A DNA stretch of 59,069 bases, the filler included, from Dugesia japonica (lineage: Eukaryota): assembly GCA_001938525.1 (NCBI GenBank). It is 5 parts of 5 records of this genome, joined end to end, with 100 filler letters (N's around TTAATTAATTAA, not from the genome) between each part and the next. Parts side by side here need not be neighbours in the genome. Positions count along the whole stretch, not along the records: positions 27,673 to 39,869 come from MQRL01605102.1; positions 39,970 to 48,380 come from MQRL01175535.1; positions 48,481 to 59,069 come from MQRL01524183.1; 2 more parts are not named here. One strand, written 5' to 3'. The notes beneath the pieces were generated by a model. It saw nothing but the letters and a program-made list of their open reading frames with translations, had not been told where the DNA came from and did not search any database. Shown piece by piece: positions 34,926-49,157 of this stretch (positions are counted from its first letter, which is position 1; each line of letters starts with the position of its first letter). The position numbers and the translations under genes are program-made.

Positions 34926-37859
34926 ATTCCAAGTAGATTATAAATAGGTGAATAAAGCACATTGAGATTGATTGAACATATATTTTCATGGGAAATTTAC
35001 TAGTTTAAGTCGATTAAGACAAAAAATGTGACTAACTAACTGAGTTATTTGGGTAGAATGAATGTCCGATGAATAGTCTAATGGGTAATTGAGTTAACTA
35101 TATGATAAAATTGATGAATATAGTATATTTGATTACATTAATTTGATTATTGATTATTGATTTGATTAAATGAGTGATCCATTTAAAAAATAGAAGATTA
35201 TATAAATTGAAGAAATTAATTAATAAGGCCAATCAACCGGTTATTGTAAGGATTAAGTAGACGATTGAAAGTAATTGAGTAAATTGTGAGAATAAATGTA
35301 TGATTAATAGATGAATAAGACACATCAAATAGATTGACGAGAATAATGGTCGGTATTAAGTGGTTAGAGTGAATGATTGAATGTTGATTGACTTTTTAAT
35401 TCTATTAATCATGGAGGAATTAAAGAATAATTAAGCAAATATTTTAAAGAATTAGGTATAGTAAGTTAATTGAGGTGAATGCATGAATAGTGTGAGTAAT
35501 GATTATTATATATTATTAAGTGTAATTGTGTTAGGTTTTAATGTTATTATGGCTGGACATTTAAACTATTTAGGGGTATGGGCATGGAAACCTCAAGCAT
35601 TTCGCGTGATTGCTCTACAATCACTTTCGAGTTTGTCCCAGTGTATAAGTTCTCTCTTTAATTCGGGTCCAGCAAACCAGAATGTTAGTCCGTCTTATTA
35701 GTCCGTCTTATCTTTCGCTTTGCCAATCACCATAGAACCGACTTAATCAAGTATGAAAATTCCTAATGACTGTTCATTTGTTACCCCTTTCATTATGTGT
35801 AAAATAACGCACGCATACTACAATCTTATTGAGAAATACATTAATTAATTTCAAAATTATATATTACAAAAGAAATTAATAATTTAACTGCACGGCAGTT
35901 ATTTTTCAGAATTTTACTATCCGTATTGTAAAATAATACAAAATTACACGTTTGAACAATGCTAGCACGAATATACACGTTTTGAAATTTTATATTCTAT
36001 ATTGTAAATATCTTTACATATTTATTTTATGAATTAAATTATTATATTTAAACGTAGTCGCTTTTAACAATTGCATTAAATGAAGGAGTGAAATATTTTA
36101 GTCAACATCTTCGGGTCTGATTTTGTTTACTCGTTTCATTAATTTTTTATTCTGTACTTAAAACTGAACCCAAGTTATTGACTTTTATTTGTATAGCAGG
36201 AAACTAAATGTTATAATTTTAAAGTACGAACCACCGACTATCAAGTCCTCTTGAATTACTTTAATAATACATTGGTTCCATTTTCCATTCGATTAATGTC
36301 CGATTACATTTCGGCGACAGGAAAATAAAATTTATTAATTTTTTCTTCAGGGTCACCTTGAAACTATACTACACTGAACGGTACAGTTTAAATTAGTGAT
36401 TTCCTTATAAAACTGCANNNNNNNNNNNNCACAATCTAACAAATTAAGTTTGTTGCTGCGATTCAGTTCTAATGATTTCGTTTTCATTTTCATATTGCGA
36501 AATTTAGCTTTTGCCATCTAATTCATTATTCTCATTAAAACAAAACAATACCCATCTTTATTTAAATTTATATAACTAAATTATTATCAAATGAGGTATG
36601 AGAAACTATAATGCTCAAAGTTAGCTTTGCAGTTGACCTATTAATTTGTTTATCAAAGTAACACATTCTACAACGCAGCTCTTTAATATAATGGTTGACC
36701 ATATTTAACTTTCGTTAACACATTCTTTTACTTTTATTGTTATCTGGATGAGTCATATTAATTAACTATTAGTTTTGTTTTATCAAATTTAATTTAATAC
36801 AAAAAAATGGCAGAAAGAATTTTAATGATTAGTTACACATAATGTATATTCGACTGCAAGGCAAAATTTAATAGATATTAAATACATAAATATGATGACA
36901 TATGACACGAATTGATGAACATTTTATACGTACATATTAAATCTCATGGCACAATCAAAAAACCGAAAATAATAATATGCCCTTTTACTCAACACTTTTA
37001 ACAAAACTTTTCGTTAAGTTTATTTAAAGGCCATAGTGTGTGGTTAACTCTATTCTAATATGTTAAACTACTTCGTCAATTTTTTTATTCATCACCTTCA
37101 AGGAAATAAGTTCTTTCAATTATTCAACTAATTCGAGTATCGCTCGGATTTCATTCCAACTCAATTCCATTTTACATAAAAGGTGAGNATTACCCTATTC
37201 AAAGTAGACGGCATAACATTAGTTCCGATCTTTATTAAAATAAATAAATTCAACTATTGAATTATTCAAACTAAATAACATGATCCTCGACGTATATATT
37301 TCCATCACCGGTTTCACTTTAATAAAAATTTATATTCAGAATTAAAGCAAGTCAGAATAAATGTAGATTTTCTCCAATTATTGGTTTTGAATTCGTTTNT
37401 TAAAAAAAAACTATAAATTCAAAATTTTTATTACTCAAGACCCTTTTTTTCATTGCAACGTTTTTCGACGTTCGTTGTCTTCATGGACAGTGTATGAAAG
37501 TTCTAAACAGTTTTATCTGCTATAAATTTATTATTTTTGGATAGTGGCGGACTGCCTCCGCACATAAACACCTCCCCCAGGATTAATGATGCAATGAAAC
37601 ATTAATTCCTGTGATTTTAGTAAGGGATTTAAAAATAACATAATATTTGGTAAGATAGGCTGAATTTTTCCTGAGTATTTAGTTGGAGGACCCTTTCAAT
37701 TGACTAAAACCGGCTGTTCTTGCATTAATGTTTTGTGAATTTCTTCCAACAGCTCACAGACGATATCACCGTGAATGTGTTGTGATGCATACATACTTCA
37801 AAATTCCCTATATTTTCATCAAACATAATTAAGAAACTTATTTATAAAAGATTTATTAA

Positions 37860-39200
37860 AGTACAATTAAATATACAAAGTTACAAAAATATGTTACCAG
37901 ATAAAATTTATAGTTTAATAAGATTTAATACAATATTACACTTAAAATAACTTAAAATGTCATTTTTCTTATTGCATATATTTCTAGCATCATAAATGCA
38001 TAAAGGACCACAAAAGNNNNNNNNNNNNNNNNNNNNNNNNNNNNNNNNNNNNNNNNNNNNTTTGAATATAATTCTTGGATTGTGCTTGAGTTTAGATTTT
38101 TTTATTATATTTTGCATGCTTTGGCTGCATTTCTCATTAAGGAAGGGTAGTTTAATAACTGTGTTTGTTTTTGGTTTGATTTAATATTGAAGTATTGATA
38201 TTGAAGTATTAATATTTAAGTATTGAAGATAAATATTTTGATATAATTTTATTTGGATAGCCGTTATTTAGGAATTTATTTTTTATCAACTTGAGAGAAA
38301 TCAGTTTCATTTATTTATTTCATTTGTCCATTTCTTCTCAGCTCGAATTCTTTAACTTTCAATTATACCAATTTTTTGACTGATTGTCGTATTACTACTC
38401 CAAGGTAATATATGTCCCCTGTGAAATGGTTTCATATATAACTGTGTAGTAGGATAATTGCAAGTTGGTATCGTGCGTCTGAATGTTTGTGTATACTTCC
38501 ATTTCGATGAAAAAATTGAGGAATCATTGAATGTTTCGTTTGCTGTATTTTCTAATATATGTAATTGACATTTTAAACTGTAAATGGGAGCTTTAATTAT
38601 TGCAANNNNNNNNNNNNNNNNNNNNNNNNNNNNNNNNNNNNNNNNNNNNNNNNNNNNNNNNNNNNNNNNNNNNNNNNNNNNNNNNNNNNNNNNNNNGTAA
38701 GATTTTTGAAAGGAAGAACAGTTGTACAAGAGCTTTGATTTGAATATATTTTGATTTTGATTTTGTCTTCAGTTTTATATTTTTCGAATTCTTAAGTAAG
38801 TAGAATTCTTATTTTTTTTTGTTTATTACGAGAACTAATTTCTTTATATTTGTTAAACGTTTNNNNNNNNNNNNNNNNNNNNNNNNNNNNNNNNNNNNNN
38901 NNNNNNNNNNNNAGCTTTAATTATTGCAACATTTGATGAGTCAGAAACTTTTAAATTGGCCGGATGTAGCTTTGACCTTTGTTAAGTAAATTTATTTGCT
39001 TGTTGGTGAATGTATGTTCGGTAAGATTTTTGAAAGGAAGAACAGTTGTACAAGAGCTTTGATTTGAATATATTTTGATTTTGATTTTGTCTTCAGTTTT
39101 ATATTTTTCGAATTCTTAAGTAAGTAGAATTCTTATTTTTTTTTGTTTATTACGAGAACTAATTTCTTTATATTTGTTAAACGTTTCTTGATCTACTTTA
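37860..39200 (-). mobile_element. Second Penelope-like remnant (internally deleted)
   Basis: TTQLYMKPFHRGHILPWSSNTTISQKIGII and CGPLC linker. 38060-38350 is homologous to the reverse complement of 28720-28990. Confidence 0.8.
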
Positions 39201-39252
39201 TTAAGAGGAAAAGGTAGAGGTTAAAAACATAATAAATCAAAACAGTTAACCC

Positions 39253-39316
39253 CTGACGAAAACAAAGTCGAAAATTAGAATTATTATAAAAAAAAATTTT
39301 GATCGAAAATTTTTAA
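39253..39316 (+). ncRNA. Degenerate hammerhead + tail, inverted 5' pLTR of the minus-strand Penelope
   Basis: CTGACGA-AAAC-AAA-GTC-GAAA-ATTA-GAATT followed by TTTTGATCGAA; stems I and II are mismatched. Confidence 0.6.
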
Positions 39317-39829
39317 TGAATTATTATTATCATTATTACTATTATTATTATTGTAATTATTATTAACAAATAACAAAGCAAAATTTTAAAATAGTTTCTG
39401 ATTTTAAATATTATTTAATTAAAGAACTTTTATATACTTTTCGAATTTCACGTGAAAAAATTCATTTATCAATAAATTTTTGTAAAACTCTTATAAAAAT
39501 GAAAAAATCTTTTAGAAAATAATTTCTTAAAATTTTATTTTTATGATTTTAGGTCAAATCAACTAATGTTATCATATTTGTTGATGCCTATTATCATAAT
39601 TTTATTAATGATTATCATTATTTAATTAATCAGTTTTATTTATGATCTCAGAAAAAATCAACAAATTATATCATATTGGTGTTGTTTGCTATCATATTAA
39701 AATCACAGTCAATAAAAAAATACAAAAACAAAACTTTTTGAGGAATTTATTAAACTATGAACAAATGTATTAATAGAAAGAAACAACAATACAAACTAAT
39801 TCTATTTACCATCATATTGCATTTTTAAA

Positions 39830-39869
<40 letters not shown>

Positions 39870-40793
39870 NNNNNNNNNNNNNNNNNNNNNNNNNNNNNNN
39901 NNNNNNNNNNNNNTTAATTAATTAANNNNNNNNNNNNNNNNNNNNNNNNNNNNNNNNNNNNNNNNNNNNAGCGTTTCTGAATTATTGAAGGTCACTTTTA
40001 TCAATGAAGTCGATGAATCAAGAAATAATAATAATGATTCCGCATAAAAGAAAATGATAAGCGAATAAGGATGTTGTTACTGATAAAATGTGATGTTAGT
40101 TAGTAATCAGTACACATTGCATTAATATTTGTGAACAAGATTAGAAACCAGTTTGTAAAATATCTTAAATTTATTACTAAATATATTTGATACATTGAAA
40201 AAATTGCTATGAAAATGTAGTGTTTGATCTGTATATTCTGGAAAATCATTTGTTAAACTAAGACAAATTAGAATAAACGATGTCTAATGGATAACTTATG
40301 ACATCAATTTCTTTCTTGAAAATTCAAAAATTGAAAGTGAAGAGTTATATATGACAATATCTCAAAATTCAGTTTTTCTTGTTTATACTGGTCGTTGGCA
40401 GACATTTATTAGATGGTTATTTAACCGGTGTAAATTTCTATCAATCTGAAAGTTTGAGATTTTGCATGAAAACGACATTTCATTGTTTTTCGAATAATTT
40501 CATAATTTGAGATTTCAAACCAAAAGCCAAATAAGTATGTTTTACTATAGAAAAGATATTTTCCGCAAGAATTTAATAAAAAGCATCATTTTCACATGTT
40601 TTCTAGAAAAATGTAGAAACATTTAGAGACAAATAATATAATTGATGATCCAATTTTTTGAAACAATGTAATATGATGAATAATGACACAAATAGATGAT
40701 CTGATTATAAATTTTGAGAACCATTCTGATAAACCAATAGAAAATTAAATATTTAGATACTCTCCTCGAAACATTTAGCATTTGAAGTCAATG

Positions 40794-40941
40794 TTTTAGC
40801 GGGGTATGAATCTTGATGTCACTTGACAGTATAAGAATCAATAATTTCTATGAAACCGTAATTACCTTTCCTTGAATGATGCGGAGTGAAATTCATATTG
40901 TAATGATCTCGCATTTGTATTGTACTTTTAATGAACTCATA
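40794..40941 (-). CDS. Possible terminal exons of an unidentified host gene
   Basis: cacag|YEFIKSTIQMRDHYNMNFTPHHSRK G|gtaatt, 44-nt intron, then VTSRFIPR*. Splice-signal evidence only. Confidence 0.25.
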
Positions 40942-41394
40942 CTGTGTAAGTATTACATCAAAATATACTTTTATTTCATTTAATATAGTATGATTAAAAC
41001 GTTTTAATAAATTTTAACTAGTATTAGAAAGATCCATGTAAAAATTATTTAACAAAAGTTTAAGTAAATTTTCAATGATGATTTAAAAGTTAATGTAATT
41101 TTTAAAATTATTTCCCCCTTATTTTGCATCGGATATTTTGAAGTTCTATTAAGTTTATGTATGGACAAATAATATAATTGATGATCCAAATATTTGAAAC
41201 AATGTAATATGGTGAATAATGACAAAAATAGATGGTCTGATTGTAAATTATTAGAAATCTTTTATGTTAAATTATTTCCTATTAGAAAATTTGTTTTTTC
41301 ATATTCGAAACAAAAGACCAAGCAAGTATGTTTTATTTTAATGTTAATATTTCTTGGAAATGACTCCGAGATTTAGTACTTGTTTATCGAATTA

Positions 41395-41830
41395 TTTTAT
41401 TTAGGTTAAAGTTTGTCGATTTTTAACTATGTTATTCGTAATGAACGAAATATTCTCTATCGAATGCGATTGGTTTCGATAAAGTTTGAGTTACTTTTTA
41501 TTTTTCTAAAAAAGTTAACAATCCAGGACTACAGCTGACTATCTTCATTAGAAAGAAATTTTCCCCAGACTGTTCTAATTTTGTCTAGTCAGTTTTTACT
41601 CTTGAGTTAAATTGGAATCCATGCGTGTTATGCACGCTTAGAAAATTGAGCACTAAAATTCAAAGTTTAAGATTTTTCAAAACAAAACTTCATTTATTTC
41701 AACAAGGATAAAGTTTGGAGGTTTTATATTATGACCATTTTGATAAACGGAAAATTCTCTATCTCACAGACATGTTGATTTCATTTAAAGATGTAAAAAG
41801 AATTTTCGAAAAATTTTTATTTTCCATTGA
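41395..41830. repeat. Dispersed MITE-like repeat family (also ~43440-43680 inverted, ~49620-50100 direct)
   Basis: Shared GAAAATTGAGCACTAAAATTCAA, TTTGAGTTACTTTTTATTTTT and CAAAACTTCATTTATTT blocks. Confidence 0.65.
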
Positions 41831-43989
41831 ACTTTGCATGGGTTGATGTAAAAATCTCAATAAAAATAATTTTCGAAATTTGGAATGTTTTTCCGGAATC
41901 CCATGAAGAATTTATTATAAAAAATTATAAAATTTTCATATTATTAAAACAACATGGACTTTTTACCCGAATTTCCGTAACAAATCCCACAAAAAAGATT
42001 TCCCACCAAAAATGCTTGAAATTATTTTTTGTCAACTAGAAACAGGATAAATTCCATACGATTGTATAATTTTTATTTTTTCAATCTTTTTCAAAGAATT
42101 AATGATTTTCCATAATTAAATGAAAGTTAGAAATCTTTTCAATTATTTTTTTTTCTTTTCCCATATTCCCTTTATTGATTTCAATTTAATCATTTCAGAA
42201 AAAGCATTATTTTAAAATCATTTTTCCATTAATTATAAAATATAAATATTGACAATAATATTTTATTTTTTAAAACAATTAGTAATTTATTTATTTTCTT
42301 TATTATCATATGAAGGGAAATATTTGTTTTTTTGCTCAATTTCAAAATTTTTCTCGTTAGAAAAATATTTTTTTTTAAAAATTCTAGAATTATTAGTATT
42401 TCTATGAATTCATGTTTATTTCCATTTGAAAAAAATTAATTAATCTCGAAGAAACATTATTTCTTTCCCTAATGAATTGTTGTCGATTAATTATTGAGAA
42501 TCTTATTTTGTAGGAAGAAATTTGTTTTATCTTCTAATTGTAATGGTTTATCAATAGTAAGCTTTGAAGAACAAAAACTTGAAAACGAAAATTAATTAAG
42601 TTATTATAACATAATATTACTCCTATGTAACCAAAAATAGGGAATATTGATAAAGAGAAGGGGAATAATTACTTGTGGAGTGATTATTTAAATATTCTTT
42701 GTTCTAGTAATTAATTTTCCACTTATGATTTAGTTCTTTATAATTCCGCCTGTAATTAAATAATGCAAATCTTCGAATTTCCATTCATCTTATTTGACCA
42801 ATCAAATTGATAACAATTATCAAAATTAAATTATCAATTATCAAATAAATAAAGATTAAACCAATAGAAATGAAAATTAAGTTTTCTAGTTATAAATAGT
42901 AGGTAAATAGTGGGGTACCAACTTACCTTGTGTGTATGCCAGCCACCCACGCTGACGTGAAAAAAATATTACGTAAGTNNGTTGTTATATTCAAGCTTTT
43001 CAAGCGAGATTAATTTTGCACACATTATATAATGGATTAATTTTATCGTCGCGATTATTACGTTACAGATTAAATGAGTCGCTATTTTTAGAATTTTTAG
43101 ACTTTTTAAGCGGCAAAAATTTTCTGGAATTTTTTAATGAAAATCGGTGTAATTAGGTCATATTTGTTTCAATTATCAAATTTTTAATTTTGTAAATCAA
43201 ATTATGATGTGGATTCGGATGAAAATCCAAAATTTCGAAACTTTGAAAAATATTTTATCGAAATTTTTACATTAATCGATATAGAATTCAATTGAAATCA
43301 TTTTTGAAAAATAAAAATTCTTTTCTCATCTTAACATGAAATCTTCGTGTCTATTAGATAGAAAATGTTTTGTTGATTATAATCTTCATAACATAAAATC
43401 GAAAAACTTTATACTAGTTAAAATAAATGAAGTTTTGTCTTGAAAAATCGTAAATTTTGATGTCTAATTTCATCAGTGTACATAACACGTATGGATCCAG
43501 ATTTGGTATCATTTAACTGATGAGTAAAAACTGACTAGATAAAGTTAGAATATCGTCTTGGGTAAATGCTTCCTAACGAAGATAGTCATTGTTCTCCCGG
43601 ATTGGTAACATGTTTAGAAAAAATAAAAAAGTATATCAAAATTTAATGGAAGCGACAGCATTCAATAGAAAGTTTCACAGTGAGTAAGCATATAAAAACT
43701 TATAAGCATCAAATTTTATCGACAAAAAGCTATATAGAAAAATCTAGTACTTAATTTGGGAGTTTCCCATGAGGAACGTTAAAAATAAAAAGTATATAAC
43801 TAAATATAGAGACATAAAGGTAGAACAAAATATCTAATATTTATTTCACATAAAATCTTGTTTTCTGTTTCATCTGCTTGAAATAAATGGAACGAATGAA
43901 GTTAATTAATAAATAATAAAATTAATTAATTTCAATTAATAGATAAAATCATTACATTTACATTAATTTGATTGAATCTGAGTCACCTT

Positions 43990-44930
43990 CATCACATGAT
44001 GATGTGCTATAATGACCGCACGGGAGGCTTTTATTTTTTTTACCCATACTCTTTTGTCATTTGTGATAGTCAAAGTTATTTTATAATCATTAAAACTAAA
44101 CAACTGATGATTTTTAGTCCTTATCCTTAATTGGTTCACTGAGACCCTTTGATTGTTGTTATAACAATTNNNNNNNNNNNNNNNNNNNNNNNNNNNNNNN
44201 NNNNNNNNNNNNNNATTAGTTTTCATGCTCTCTTTTTCCCAAAGAAGACTGTAACACTTAAGTCTCAAGAACACTTATTCTTTAATCTTATTTTCATTAT
44301 TTTCATCCTTGAAATATCCTCAAACCAAAGTAAACTTATTACTATAAATGGGATGTTTTTTGCAATAATTGTTAAAAGCAAATTGTCTCTCACTATTAAA
44401 CTCAATAATTTATCCAATTTTATATCTTTAATTTCAGGGTAGACGTTATTGGTATCATCAGCTACAATATTTATCTTACAATTCTCTTCCCACCAATATT
44501 TCTCAAGTTTGATGTACTGTAATTGGTACATCCTCAATTTTGAAAGATCAAGAACTTTTTAACCAATGTAATTAGGTCTATCCAAACAAACCAATTCATT
44601 TTTTTAGTAAGACAGCAACCAAGTCATCATCTATCTTATTAGTTTTCTAAACCCTGGATTTCAACGTATAAGTTACAAGCTTTTTAGCCGAATTACAAAG
44701 TCTTAGATTCATACGTTACTTTTCATAAAGACTATTATTCAACAGTTTATAATAATTTTGATCGATATCAGAATTACTCGGTGGTCTTAATCGGGATTGT
44801 CATCAATATACTTCTTAAAGATGTTGTCTTGAAAAACCTTAACAGCTCTATGAACTTTACTAATTTTAACACGTAATTGCAAATATATTTATAGCAATCT
44901 CCAATAAACAACATGATTATTCTTAGGATA
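43990..44930 (-). mobile_element. Polinton/Maverick-type protein-primed DNA polymerase B remnant
   Basis: YYKLLNNSLYEK (motif B), LDRPNYIG..VLDLSKLRMYQ, INIVADDT (motif C relic), VSVNQLRIRTKNHQL...TITNDKRVW C-terminus. Confidence 0.85.
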
Positions 44931-44989
44931 ATGTGTTAGCAACAACATTTTCACCTTAAATTCAGGAGGACTTTTGTGTTCAGTAGCAA

Positions 44990-47900
44990 CAGTTACGCGG
45001 GTGTAACGCGTGGAGAACGTACTAGAGAGAGAAGACAAAAATATCAAGAGAGTTACAAAAAGAACAGAACTACAGTGTTAGACATGCCAGAGTTATGGGC
45101 ATACAAAAAGAAAGTGTTCAAAAAATTCTCATGTGGAATGTTGGACTTGTCACAAAAAAGGGCATTTAATTGGAAATTGTCCAGACAAGAAACCACCAAA
45201 AATCATTTGGGTGTGATAGGATTAGTCGTATAAAAATGATTTGCACAAAAGTTTTATGTGGTAGATGTAAAGGATCGAGTAACAGAGCAGAAGAATGTTA
45301 TTCGAACATTAATAAACCTAAACTAGAAGAGAGAAGATACAATTTTAGAAGCGGACAACAAACAAAAGATTGGAGTCGGACAAAACCGATTCATGCCATT
45401 GGAGAAGAATTTGATGATGAGAATAAAGAGAGATAGAAAGAGAGAGAACATAATAGAAAATGATGATCTAAGAAGAGAATACCCAAAAAGTAGGGCTCCG
45501 TCAGTAGAGAAGTTGGTTGGAGCCATCTATTAAACGAGATACCGTTTGAATATCCTCAAGAGTCCGAGAAATGGGATAAGACAAGTAAAGTGAGAGAAAG
45601 GGTTTACAGATTCCTAAATATAGAAAGTTTCAATGATATGGAAGTTAACAAAGCAGAAATGATAAGAACAATTGAAGAGAAACAGAACGCAGAAATTTTG
45701 TATGATAAAATGCAAGGGAGACCTAGCATTTCAGTGATGATCAAGGGTGAAAAGTTTGATTGTTTGTGGGAAACAGGAGCAAGAATAAATGTGATGAGCA
45801 TGAAAGTATTTAATAGACTCGGAGAAACAATGTTAGAGAAAGCGAGTAACGATTACAATGCGCGAATAGCAGCTCATTGAAAACGATTGGAAAGATACGT
45901 GTCGAAGTTGTAGTTTCAGAGGTGAGCAAGGAAGTAACATTTATAATAGTAGAGAAATTAATACCAGAAATAATTGGTGGAGTAGACTTTCAGAATACTT
46001 TTGGTTATCATCTTCAAAACAGTGCAGTGTAGACATCAATAATCATCAAGGGAGATTGGTTTGCAACATCTAGGCAAAATTTGGAAGGCAGATACCGACG
46101 GGTGAACGATTGAGACATGCAATAGAGATTCTAGATATGAAAAAAAATCATAAACTGACTACGATTATTCAGTATAATGAGGATGTTTTTATAGCGGATA
46201 AATGGGAGATTGGATGTACACACTTAACGAAGCATCGAATAATCACTAAAGAAGGTCCAATCAACATAAACCCGTATCACTAACCAATGAATCTAGAGAA
46301 GAAGATTGAAGAGGCCATCAAGAATCTATATGATAATGGTATCATCCGGCAGTGTAATTCGCAATGAAATACACCATTAATCTGCGTTTGGAAAAAGGAA
46401 AAAAATCAAATACGATTATGCTTAGATTTTAGACAGCTCAATGCAATAACAGAAAGACAAGCTTTTCCTATGCCAATTGTCGACGAAATGATAGATGCTT
46501 TGGAAGGTACGCAGTATTTTAGCTCAATAGACTTGGAAATGCATACTACCAAGTGGAACTCAGTGAAGATTTTCAAGAAAAGACGGCGTTTTCGACCAAA
46601 CAAGGGTAATTATTTTCAACAGAATGCCTTTTGGAATTGCAGCAGCACCAGGTACGTTCCAGGAAATGATAAATAAAGTGATAGGGCAAATACAAGGAGC
46701 AATGGTTTATCTAGATGATATTCTCATATTTACAGAAACAAAGGAGCAACACGATGAAATAGTGAATAAAGTACTGACAGAAATTAAGTATGCTAGTTTA
46801 ATGGGTCAAGCAAAATAAATGTCAATACATGCCAAAGGAGATCAAAGTTTTGGCACACGTTATCAGTAGAGAAAATGTTAAAACAAATCCAACTAAAATA
46901 GAAGCAATTAAGAACTTTGGTAAACCAAATTGCGTTAAGAAAATGAGAAGCTGTTTGAGAATTGGCAATTACTATCGAAAGTTTATAAAAGATTATTCAA
47001 AGAAATCTAGATTGTAGGAACAACTGTGAAGTGGGCACAGTAATAAGAAAAAGTAAATGATCGAATGAATTAGAAGAAGTTTTTAATGGAATGAAAGAAG
47101 CAATAGTGATATCTCTAATGTGATGTTTTCCAGATTAGGACTTTTTTTGGACACAGATGCGAGTTTCGAGACGTTTGGGACAGTACTATGTCAAAAAGAC
47201 AACAATGGGCAAGAAAGAGTAATTGCATATTGGTCACAAGCAATGACGACTCATGAGAAAGGATATTGCACTACGCGGAAAGAATTGCTCGCAATTTACT
47301 GCTTTTGTGTTAATTTCAAACATTACTTATATGGGAAGAGATTTATCCTCTGAACAGATCATAAAGCTATCACTTTTATGCTAAATATCAAGTCGATTAC
47401 ATCACAGTTTCAAACCTAGATTAATTATTTGAGCAGTTTAGATAAAAATTGCATTAAAGAAAAGGATCGTTTCATTCAATGCAGATATGTTGTCAAGGAG
47501 TAAATGCGATACATGTGCACAATATCTATGGTCACATGAAAATCCCAATAGTGCAAAATTAAAAACAAGAATGTTAAATACAGTGGGTATTCAAGAGAAA
47601 CAAGGCAACGTTGGTGATAATGATGAAGGAACATGGATACTTAATGATAAAGTAGAAGAAGTTATAATGAGGATACACCATCTTTTGTATCATGCTGGAG
47701 CCGAAAAGATAGCAGCGTATATGAAGCATAAATATAACGCAAAACATTTTGAGCAAAGAGGTTGCCCAAAGCTTTATAACATGCTATAAAGCTAAAGTGT
47801 TGACAACAAAAACGAAGGAAGAAACGAAGCAGATGAATCCAGCCGAAATGTTTGAACTGTTATTTATAGATGGATGCGGACTACTGAAAGAGACAAGAAG

Positions 47901-48380
47901 TCGAAAAAAATATGTTCTCGGTATAATAGATCAATGCAGTAAGTATTTAGCCTTGATAGCAATTACAATACATGATGAAGATACCATACGGAAAACAATA
48001 TTGGAGAAGTAGATATTAAAGTTCGGGTGTCCGAGAGAAATTCGAGTTGATTGTGGAAGAGCACTTGAGTCAAAATCAATGAAAGATTTTGCAGCTGAAC
48101 ATAGAATTACCCTCAGGTTTTCGAGTCCATATCATCATAACACAAAAAAACAAATCCAGAGACAATTTAGAACTATGCAAGATATGATAAATGCTTAAAG
48201 AAAGACACTTAAAGAAAGGAAAACCTCAGATTGGGCTGATGTATTTTATAAGGAGATATAATTAATCTTGAACGCTACAAAACAGTAAACCATCGGGAAA
48301 AGCCCTGCTGAAATTGTATTTGGGAAGAGAATAAGCAGAGATAAACGTTACGAAACAAATACTCAAAGTGTGCAAAAAGA
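44990..48380 (+). mobile_element. Ty3/Gypsy gag-pol, degenerate (CCHC knuckles, PR, RT, RH, IN)
   Basis: CWTCHKKGHLIGNC; CLWETGARINV; MPFGIAAAPGTFQ..YLDDILI; LDTDASF..YCTTRKELLA; GIIDQCSK; SSPYHHNT. Many stops. Confidence 0.95.
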
Positions 48381-48695
48381 NNNNNNNNNNNNNNNNNNNN
48401 NNNNNNNNNNNNNNNNNNNNNNNNTTAATTAATTAANNNNNNNNNNNNNNNNNNNNNNNNNNNNNNNNNNNNNNNNNNNNTAAATAAAGACACATTGAAT
48501 GAGTAAAAAAAAAGTTTTCAAATNNNNNNNNNNNNNNNNNNNNNNNNNNNNNNNNNNNNNNNNNNNNNNNNNNNNNNNNNNNNNNNNNNNNNNNNNNNNN
48601 NNNNNNNNNNNNNNNNNNNNNNNNNNNNNNNNNNNNNNNNNNNNNNNNNNNNNNNNNNNNNNTTTGGACATTGAAAAATTTTTGAAAAAAAAGTA

Positions 48696-49130
48696 TGAGT
48701 CATGATCTAGAAAATTTTTCCTTACCCAGGGGGGAGTGATCTAGAAAAACGATGAGTCATGATCTAGAAAATGTATAAGTCATGGTCTTTGTTCTCCCAT
48801 CGCGNTGACTCATCCCTATAACTCATGGTTTTTGTTTTAGCTATCAATGAGTCATCACCGATGACTCATCCTTATCTAGAAAACGATGACTCATACCTAT
48901 GAATCATCGGTATGAGTCATTGTCTTTGTTCTAGACATCAATGACTTATCGCGATGAGTCATGGTCTTTGTTTTAGCCCTCGATGAGTCATACAGGATGA
49001 GTCATACTGATCTAGGAAAACGATGAATCATCGTTATGAGTCATACTTATGAGTCATTGTCTTTGTATTAGTCCTCGATGACTCATCTCGATGATTCATT
49101 TTCTTTGTTCTATCGGCCGATGACTCGTGT
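48696..49130. repeat. Array of ~20 ATGA(G/C)TCAT palindromes
   Basis: By eye, 13 perfect TGA(G/C)TCA plus ~7 single-mismatch copies, interleaved with CTAG and GTCTTTGTT modules. Confidence 0.9.
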
Positions 49131-49157
49131 TCTTTGTCTTGGGGGGTGATCTAGTGC

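Noticed and set aside
38588-39185. Repeated blocks in the second Penelope
   Set aside because: Identical sequence on either side of gaps; assembly artefact.
39553-39625. Possible last exon with hydrophobic tail (SNQLMLSYLLMPIIIILLMIIII*)
   Set aside because: Low-complexity ATT-rich sequence yields such peptides by chance; no supporting upstream exon.
48696-49130. CRISPR-like array
   Set aside because: Repeats are 9-bp palindromes with reused, non-unique spacers in a eukaryotic context; no cas genes.
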